DNA of 57,844 nt, the filler included, from Sphacelaria rigidula (lineage: Eukaryota), in NCBI GenBank assembly GCA_964200075.2. It is 9 parts of 9 records of this genome, joined end to end, with 100 filler letters (N's around TTAATTAATTAA, not from the genome) between each part and the next. Parts side by side here need not be neighbours in the genome. Positions count along the whole stretch, not along the records: positions 45,069 to 51,406 come from CAXNAA020020683.1; positions 51,507 to 57,844 come from CAXNAA020020684.1; 7 more parts are not named here. One strand, 5' to 3'. Positions 49,093-57,844 of the stretch are shown piece after piece. Positions within the stretch are counted from its first letter, which is position 1, and the number at the start of each line of letters is the position of its first letter. A model generated the notes under the pieces. That model ran no database searches. It saw only the letters and a list, made by a program, of their open reading frames with translations, and was not told the DNA's origin. The position numbers and the translations under genes are program-made.

Positions 49093-51406
49093 GGGGACGC
49101 CCCAGGTATTCTCAATCTGGGGAACCTGCTGGAGGAGGACTTGGCAACCGTCGCAGGCCGTCTCGGTAACCAACTGTGGGTGGCGGGAGAGATCTGGCAC
49201 CGGAGCCGGGCTCGGAAGTCGTGGCCACTCGAGGTACTGTTGGACACCGGGGCAGGTGGGGGCAATCACATGTCTGGGTTTTTGTGGCGTTGCCTCATAA
49301 AAGCAGAAGAAATACATGCCAAGCTAGACACGAACAACGCCGGCGCCCTTCGCGCTGCTAACCCCTCACGGAGCAAGGTACCCCCGATGTCTATAGTTGG
49401 ATCAGTCGTGATACCTATCTTGTTCGCTAAGGATAATCGTGTTCGTGAAGTAACTGTCAGGGTGGTAGAGGACCTACCTTACGGGTTCAGTCTGGGGGCA
49501 GAGTTTTTTAGGGCAAATCGTAGCACGCTCGAGTTCAAAGCCACAGGAGAGTTTCGTCCTACCCTGTCCGCACCGTGGATTCCGTTTTTGACCAATGATA
49601 GCCCCCGGCATGCTAAACCGAACCTCTCGACCCTTGAAACGCTCAACGAAGTTTGTTCGCTAGCCATGCCTTTCGCCGCGCCCTGTAAGTTCCCCAGCTA
49701 CAGCGACGTTGCCTGGGAAGACGACGGCGCGAGGGAGTGGAACGTCAGGCTGGCCGAGCGTTGCGTCTCCATCGATGGGTTTGTAAGCATGGCGGTGGAA
49801 TCAGTCATCATGGGGCCCCAACCCCAGGATAAGCAACCAGTTCTGATTCTGTCCTTGGCTAAGTACGACCTGGACGGTGAAGCGTTGGTAGGGATAGCCA
49901 AAGGAGTGTTGTGGTGGGTACCAGGGTTTCCGGTTTGCTGTAAGCCAGTAAATAAGGGTAAAGATAAAGCCGAAGTGCAGACATGCAGAACAATCGCGCG
50001 CTTAATAGCCCTCAACGTGCGCGATCCTGCTCGCTTTCACTCACTTTTCGACGACACACTGTCAACGGTGGACCAACCTACCGTGCCCGCACCCCCCTCG
50101 TGCCCCGAGCGTGGTCAACTTCTCCTAGAACCTAGCCAGGTCCGTGTGTCGGATGCAAACATGGGACAGCTTGGGGGAGTAGAGAAGGCGGAACTGGTAC
50201 GCGTCCTACGGGATTTCGTGGGAGCAGGATTGTTTCCCACGGATCCCAAGCGAGTGCCAGCCTGCATTAATGGTGGGCTAAAATTGCCATTGATAGACGA
50301 AGGTAGCACGCCTTTCGCCGCAAAACAACGCCGCTTCTCGCCGGAAGAACGCGAATGATCAGGGAAGGAATTCATAAGCTTCTTGATCGCGAAGTTATCC
50401 GCCCCTCAACCTCTCCATGGGCCGCGCAATGTCTTTGTGTCAAGAAAAAAGATGGTACCTTACGCCTGTGCATCGACTGGCGTGCTCTGAACAAGCTTTT
50501 AGTGTCTGATAGCGGAGGGCTGGGTAATATGCAGTCTATATTTGATTGTCTCGAAGGCAAGAGATATTTCACACAACTAGATATAGCCTCAGGATTCCAC
50601 TAAATCGAAATCGCCGAAAAAAATCGCCACAAGACGGCGTTCAGAGACGCGGACGGCCTACTCTTCGAGTTCACCAGGGCGGGTTTCGGACTGACAGTAC
50701 TCCCGGCAGCGTTCACTCGTGAGATAAAATCAATAATAGGCAACCTGACCGGCGTACACAGCTAGCTAGATGGAATCCTCATAGCCAGCCTCACGTGGAA
50801 TGAGCACTTGGCACTACTGACCATAATCTTGTAGCGATTGTTGACTGCAGGATTCTCAGTGAACTTTGCCAAATGCAGCTTTGCAGCACCGTCTCAGGAG
50901 TTTCTTGGCATGTTGATCGATAGCACAGGCATACAACCGGCCCCGTCCAAACTCATCGCAATCGCTAAGATACCACGTCCACGCACTGTTGAGGAACTCC
51001 GTTCGTTTCTCGGACTCACCGGGTATCTCAGACAGTTAGTCGAAAAGTACAGCATAATAGCCGCCCCGTTGACCAACATTCTTCGCAACAAAGAATTTTC
51101 CTCACGCCGTGCACGAAAGTTGACTATTCCGTGGGGTGATGACCAGGAAACAGCATTCCAGACACTCAAGTCTTCCCTGGCATCACCAACGATCCTCACT
51201 TTCCCCGACCTGAACAGCACGTTCGAATTGCAGACGGACGCCAGCACAGTGGGTGCGGGGGCCACTCTCCTACAGCCAGTGGGAGACGACTCCCGCATCA
51301 TCGCATTTGCGAGTCATCGGTTTTCACGTACAGACTCGCGTCGAGCACCCACGGAGAGGGAATGTATGGCCATGATATGGGGGGTCCAACACTTTAGACA
51401 GTATCT
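49093..51406 (+). pseudogene. pol: Ty3/Gypsy pol (aspartic protease, RT, RNase H), disrupted and truncated by the contig end
   Basis: LLDTGA protease motif (~49237). RT motifs SPWAA..CVKKKDGTLRLCIDWRALN, LDIASGFH, KTAF. RNase H motifs LQTDAS..GAGA and TERECMA. PR-RT-RH order. Frameshift at ~50355 and stops at ~50601, ~50763 and ~50833. The catalytic motif is degraded to *LDG. Confidence 0.95.
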
Positions 51407-51825
51407 NNNNNNNNNNNNNNNNNNNNNNNNNNNNNNNNNNNNNNNNNNNNTTAATTAATTAANNNNNNNNNNNNNNNNNNNNNNNNNNNNNNNNNNNNNN
51501 NNNNNNCTTCCAGTTTCTGAGGTTGAGTATTTATATCTCGTTGTCGCGAGGATGTGTCCTTACTTTGCCTTTAGGCAATCTCCCCCCCCCCCCCTACATC
51601 CCGTCTCGGGGGATGCGTGGTCAATGGTCAAACGACTAAGGCAAGCGACAAATGAGGACGCCCCCCTCGCCCCCGCTATATCCCCCCCCTGCTAACGAGT
51701 CATGTGCCTGTATTGGCTGTATTCATGACTTTCACGGGTCTCCGCAGACCAACCCGAACTTGGAAATATCCCGATGAAATTCTCCACTTGCGATGTCTGC
51801 TACTCCAACGCACGCAGACACACAC

Positions 51826-52782
51826 CTTGTCCTTCCTGCAGTAGTTGGCGAACTTGTACGAATACTCATCGCGCGGTCCAGCCCCTCCCCAACTACCTCC
51901 CGGGGATGAACTAGATGGTGACATCAAGCCAGCCTCGCCAGCAACACCCAGGTTCTCCTTGCTCCGAGGATGTGCATTACCGATAGCAGCGGTGGCACCA
52001 TCATCAGCAAAGCTCTCAGCAGAGACTTCCCGTTCATACCCTTTCCCTGGCACCGACTTGCCCGGAGGGGTCACCCCTTTCCCCACCCTGCCCAGCTGCC
52101 CATCTTCGCCCCTCGCGGAATCCCGGAGCTTTGGCGGTCGCGTGCGTGGGGACGTGCGCGAGGTTCGACGACGGGAAGAACTAGAACCAGCGGAGTCGCA
52201 ACCAGCAGAGGCAAGAGTTGTGAGTGTTGGGCATCGCGTTGACCTGGTATCTCTGGTTGTCGATTCTGCATGCTGCTGCGCCCTGCGGCGAGTTGCTCTC
52301 GCCGGGGTAGCGTGATCGCAGCGGTCGTGCTCTGGATGTGATGACGCTGATGATGCGGGCGATGCTGATGATGCCGAGGTTAACGGTGATGGACACTCCT
52401 CGCCCTCAACCTCATCTCGTCCGGCGTTGATGTCGAGCACCCCCTCCCCCCGCTGCGGTGACAAACCTTTTTCGGCTCGTGTCACAGCATTCCCGTGAGC
52501 CTTACCGTTTTTGCTCGTGATGCTGCATGTCAGTTCGTTCATCTCCCCGCGGCTGCTGCTGGTGTTCGTGGTCTTACGGCCTGCGCCGTGAAGCGCGTCG
52601 GCCATGGTGCTTGCGCTGCTCGCATCCCGAGTAGTATCCCTGATATGAACTCGAGCGTTCCTCTCTTTCTCCACTTGTCGACGCTGGCACTCTTGTGCTG
52701 GTTCGTCCGGCTGCCCTTGCCGCCCCACCAGCGTGGCCAAGATCGCTGCTGCGGCGTTTCGCGCCGGGCTGGGTTTGCACGA
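51826..52782 (-). CDS. Large low-complexity exon (319 codons) of an unknown protein
   Basis: Polypyrimidine-cag acceptor and an open frame SCKPSPARN...DEYSYKFANYCRKDK|gtgtgt. Phase 0-0. Confidence 0.7.
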
Positions 52783-52959
52783 CTGAACATTGGAGACAGG
52801 AAAAAAAAAGAAGAGCGGAGCAACAGTGCAGCATCGACATCACTTCTCGACTTGTCGGCCACGTGCGTATTTTCGGCCACAATCACCGTGATCCGCTATT
52901 CACCGACAGACTCCGGATCCATCACATCCCAATATGTTGCACGTCGAACAGATTAGCTT

Positions 52960-54270
52960 CCTGTAGCTCGAGCTAGCTCTCTTTTAGCGTAGCGCCCTAC
53001 TAAGAGCCACGAGAGCTGTATGAGCTACACATGTTTGCCCTTACGTGAGCTACTAACCCGTAGCTCACCAGCTTATATTCGTCCTGGGTGAGCTATGGGA
53101 GCTGTATGAGCTACAGACGTTCGCCATAGGTGAGTCACCAACCCGTAGCTCATCAGCTAATATTCGTACTGGGCGAGCTATGAGAGCTGCATGAGCTACG
53201 CATGTTTGCCCTGGATGAGCCATGAGAGATGCATGAGCTTCACATGTTCGTCCTGGGTGAGCTACCGGACGTAGCTCATCCGCACATGCTTGCCCCGGAT
53301 GAGCTATGAGAGCTATATGAGCTACGCATGATTGCCCTGGTTGTGCTAAAGAGCTACGGGAGCTACACCGATCTTGGAGTTGTTTCTGTTCCGATACTCA
53401 TGCACGTTGATATTGTACGTATGTGACGACGGTTAGGTGTGCACACACCTGTGTTCCGTTTCGTGTAGCGATGGATTTGCTCTTTGTAAACAGCATGGCT
53501 GCATCAGAAATCATCCGCATGATGGCCACCACAAACACAAACACACACGCACAATTCGCCCTGCATGGCGACCGCTGGGGACAGCAGCTCTAGAGGCGCT
53601 TCAGCCGGAAATGAACGAGGATTTGTGTTGATTTCAATTCTTCCTATCGCGAAGAGTGAGGGAAAACACCACAACCTAATGATATGTGACGCCATCCGTT
53701 CGAACATGAATGTTACATCATAAGCGACACCGGGTTGGTCAGCGGCGAGCTAGACACATGACGTGAGTGATCTCCAAGAGCTGCGTGAGCTACACATGTT
53801 TGCCTTGGGTGAGCTATCGAGCGTTGCTCATCCGCATATGTTTTTCCTGGGTGAGCTACCGGACGTAGCTCATCCGCACATCTTTGCCCTGGATGAGCTA
53901 TGAGAGCTACATTAACTACACATGTTTGCCCTACGTGAGCCACCAACCCGGAGCTCATCAGCTTATATTCTTCCTTGAGTGAGCTACCAACCCGTAGCTC
54001 ATCAGCTCATATTCGTCCTGGGTGAGCTATGAGAGCTGCATAAGTTACGCATCTTTGCCCTGGATGAGCTACCAAACCGTAGCTCATCAGCTCAGATTCT
54101 CCCTGGGTGAGCTATGAGAGCTGCATGAGCTACGCATGTTTGTCCTGGGTGAGCTACCATCTCATAGCTCATCAGCTCATATTCGTCCTGGGTGAGCTAT
54201 CGGACGTAGCTCACGTGTACATGTTTGATTACAAGTGAGGTACGGCCCACAGATGAGCTAGCTCATGAGC
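52960..54270. repeat. Two blocks of AGCT-rich ~40/80-bp tandem repeats (52960-53370, 53745-54270)
   Basis: Unit GAGCTAC(A/G)CATGTTTGCCCTGG(G/A)TGAGCTACCAACCCGTAGCTCATCAGCT... Confidence 0.9.
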
Positions 54271-54717
54271 TGTCCGACGTGTGCAATATTGGCGAACCGA
54301 ACGGAGCTCGACTGTCAGCGTTTTACTCTGGCGGCACAAAAAATCAATTTTATTCGATATATCTTTCGCAAGTCCGGCTGTCGACGAGCTTTGCTTGGCT
54401 GCACGACGGTATGGAACACAAAAACGTTCGTTCGGCAGCAGCCTTTCGATCCAACTGTTTTTTTGGGCCAGGGCACAGATCGGGGAGCTCTTTACAGCCC
54501 GGAATAGTCGAGTGTTAGCATTCTCCGGATGACCCTTGAAAACCTATTCTTTATTAGTAGTGCAACTTCGTGATTAATGAAGAGGCTTGCAAGTCGTGGC
54601 CAAACCCAGCCCGATAAGGCACTCGAACCCCAAGGGCCCTAAAGACGCATCGTTTGCAACGCTCCATCATGGCAGCTCCACGCAACCCTGGTATCGTATG
54701 AGATGCAAAACACACAC

Positions 54718-54843
54718 CGCTCGTTGCTGGCGAGGCCTAGGTGGAGACAGGCAAGCGTTCGTCAAGTGCCTCGAGTCACCAAGATTAAGCGTGGCTCCGC
54801 GGTCAGTTGCCCTCCTCGCTGCCGGCGACACTGTGGCTGCATT
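54718..54843 (-). CDS. Upstream exon of the same unknown gene
   Basis: cag|NAATVSPAARR...PRPRQQRA|gtgtgt. 126 nt, phase 0-0, compatible with the 957-nt exon. Confidence 0.55.
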
Positions 54844-56043
54844 CTGCCCGAACAAAGTAGCAGACAGTAGTTGGAAACGGCAGAGACATGGATGGGGTGC
54901 AGTAAAACGGTGGCAACAATAGTGCAACGCGGTGTACAGTCCAAGCAGTCAATTTGGAGAAGGGAAGGCGATCAGCATCTTCCACAACAGATGCTACAAA
55001 AACGTATGGCGCCTTCGATCTCAATCTACGTTTTGATGTCGCGCACACCCCGAAAAAGTGCTGGCAAAGCAAGGGAGGAAAACTCTGAACTTCGACACTT
55101 CGAGCGTTCGCGCAAATTTGCATCAAGCACGGATGGTGTGTGTGTACTGTATTATGGAAAGTATCCTACATGGGAATATCCTCTATTCTGACTCCTATTA
55201 CAATCATCCCTACTGACTGTTGTACTGCCCGCTTCACGATACCGTACCGTACGATACTGCGAGGCTTATCTTGTACCTATTCCCCTTATTATAATGCAAC
55301 GTGACAGCTGCCCGAAACAGTAAGAAAACCGTCACTCAGGGACAGCCAATTTTTTTCACCAGACCGCGCAAAACCCTTGTAGTGTCTGGTGGAAATAGAC
55401 CGCAATTTTGGCGCATTTTTGTGTGTGGTTTACATATGCGCCTTCAAAATCTGGGTTGCACCTTGTGTTGCACACACAACAGCACAGAAAGGCAGTGTTC
55501 CATAGACGCTAGTCAGTAGCATGACTTGACGATGGCGCACGAGGTATTGAGAGCTATCGTATCGAGATACTGAATTACGTGCTTCCTACTCATCTGTAGC
55601 ACAACGGACAGAGCAAGGCCTGAGATGGCGCCAAGGAGGGTGACGGGTTGAACGTTACACACACAGCATTTTTATATTTTCAAAAATTAGATTCCGAAAC
55701 AAAGCCGACAGAGGTCGACCCTCGATACTCGCTAGCGACACAATACGCATTCATCGACAGGTGCCCGCAATTAAGGTGAAACGCAAGCGGGGTTACGCGG
55801 CACACTGAACCGTTTTCTCTCTCTGTCGCTAAGCGCCCTCCCCTACTATTGCAACAGCGGTCTACGCGATCATGACGTATTCGCCATCGCTCACTGTAGC
55901 TGAGAGTTTGGCACTTGCTTTGATTCAAAAACAAGTCATTTTTTGAATGTGCGCCATTTTTCGTAACCGCCAAAAACAAAAGCGCGAAAATGGTACAGAT
56001 GCACTACTCTCCAATGTGTGATGTTGCCTCTGAAACCACGCAC

Positions 56044-56264
56044 CTCGAAAGTTGCTGCTGCCGCCCGGCGCCCACTCCCTGCAGAGGGATTCTCCATGGC
56101 ACTGGTACCCGTTGCAGGCCCCGACCAAGCTCCAAGGTCAAGCACAGTGCAGGGCCGGCCGGTTGCCCGTTTGTCAGTAAATACTACTGTCTGTTGCGCA
56201 GCTATTACACCAAAACTTGAAACTTGTTCAAATTTCAGCTGTTGTAGTGCACCGTTGTGCGGTC
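56044..56264 (-). CDS. Further upstream exon of the same unknown gene (5' boundary uncertain)
   Basis: Open frame ending ...SGRRAAAATFE|gtgcgt with a phase-0 end. Confidence 0.5.
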
Positions 56265-57844
56265 CTGTTACAGTATCTCCCCTTATATTATGTTGAGTTA
56301 CGTATTATATTACGTTGCTGTATGTGCCCTCTGACTGTATTGTCATTCGCACGGTCGGCCCACAGAGCACAGGGCGATGCAGTACGCACAGCAATTGGGG
56401 CGAGACAGCGTAACTTGACTCTACAGTAGAACCATGAGGACCAAACACCCTAACTCTGCAATCAATGAGTTATGACAGTATAGAACTAGTCATCATCCAC
56501 TAAGAGGCCAAAATTCAGCTTGTTTTTCTCGGAAATAATTCAAGCCAAGCCCGCGGGGCGCGGCATCGTTAATACTTTCATATACAGAGCTCTTTCAATT
56601 TGAGCCATGGGTAGCTGGATGGGAGTGGAGATACCAGAATGGGTGCTGATTGTGGTAGCTCTGGCTTTCGTGCTACTCGCTGCTTGGAAGGTGTGTGTGC
56701 AATCTGCAGATGTCTCTTACAGTAGCCAGTTCTGTACTTCCAGGAAGTTCTGTCTATTCTCCATACAACAGGGTGCATGATAAGGACGCCGATACTACCG
56801 AACCGTCAAGTACCTACCGTACTACATTATTTTGGGTCCAGGCAACTCCAACAGTTGAGGCTGAGCTCACAGATAGCGTGAATCTCAAACGCAAGCTACC
56901 GGAAGTCACAGATACTTGTGTTTGGGCTTCGTTGAACCTTTTCTGGTATCATTCGGTTGTACAAGAACTGACTATACTGCCTGTACTACTGTCGCTGAAG
57001 TGTTGAGTATATTGAGATGTATGAGAACAGCGGACGTCGGCAAATTATTCATTTCAGTCAGTAGTAGAGTCTTCCAGGATGCCTCCGCCCCTTTTGTTGG
57101 ATACAACATGACACAAGTCGGCACCCCTTCTCCCATTCGTTGATATCCCATCGGATGTGCCCTGGACTGCACTGTGTTCGACTAGCTTAGCAGCCCACTG
57201 CTCTGTCGTAAGTAATATTGTGACGGCATCTCGCGTGGTCCTGATGATTGCAGTCTCGGCCAGTTTCGGAACACGCCCAGTAACTTCCTCTGTTCTGCAC
57301 CTTGAGCGCGAGATCCAGATCCCACTGCCCAAGTGCAGCCACTACTGAAGAAGTTCCAGGAGGATCCGCTTTATGTAAACTGTAGAACAATGTAAATCAG
57401 TCAAGGGTGTGGAGTAACGCTCAACCCCGGCACATTGCCATTGGAGGTGGTGCTCATCAACAGAACGGACCTAGTCACCGAAAGGGTCGGGATACTGGTG
57501 CTCAACCGCAGTCGGGGTTACTGTTCCGAAAAGAAGTCTTACGTCCAATAATACTCTGGCACCTACTGGTCCCTATTCGAAATTTTATCAACCCGTGTGC
57601 ATTTCGACGTGGAAAAGGAGGATAAAAAAATCCAGATGCTTCGGCGGGTGATGCCCCTTTCTGCAGTACAGAAAAGTACTTTACTCGAGGGGCCCCATAT
57701 CAGGAAATCCATGCACCACCGCTACCCCCCTCCCGCCCTTACCCGCGGTCGAGAATGAGGAAAATGCCAAATCAATTTGTGAAAACCTCATTCTTCCTAT
57801 TTCTCCGCTAGTATACGGAATTGAACGATTATTTAGATATCTCC

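Noticed and set aside
52960..54270. AGCT-rich repeats as a repeat-spacer array
   Set aside because: The intervening segments are themselves repeated, so there are no unique spacers.
56607..56690. Plus-strand ATG with a transmembrane-like peptide (MGSWMGVEIPEWVLIVVALAFVLLAAWK) and a GT donor
   Set aside because: No downstream exon could be linked, and it may be antisense to the minus-strand gene.

Overview
This is eukaryotic, repeat-rich DNA, most likely from a brown alga (Phaeophyceae). That call rests on long TE-filled introns, a brown-algal-style LRR N-cap exon followed by a 72-nt LRR exon, and TTAGGG tracts. The window is not one locus. It is nine unrelated contigs of 6338-6339 bp joined by artificial 100-bp linkers (N44-TTAATTAATTAA-N44). 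Spliced gene fragments with matching intron phases were recovered for CIAO1/CIA1 (WD40), an LRR (ROCO-type) gene, spastin (AAA ATPase), a PP2C phosphatase and one unknown protein. Mobile DNA includes a decayed Ty3/Gypsy gag-pol, non-autonomous hAT, PIF/Harbinger, Tc1/mariner and piggyBac-like elements with visible TIRs/TSDs, SINE and LINE remnants, and a 211-bp TGT...ACA MITE with 5-bp TSDs that carries an internal telomeric tract. No complete novel system can be demonstrated. The best leads are: the telomere-repeat MITE; a possible UGA-readthrough gag-pol junction with a downstream hairpin, in a Gag that has an RS domain and a CCCH finger; two ~2.8-kb decayed palindromes; and a reconstructable 751-bp micro-inversion.
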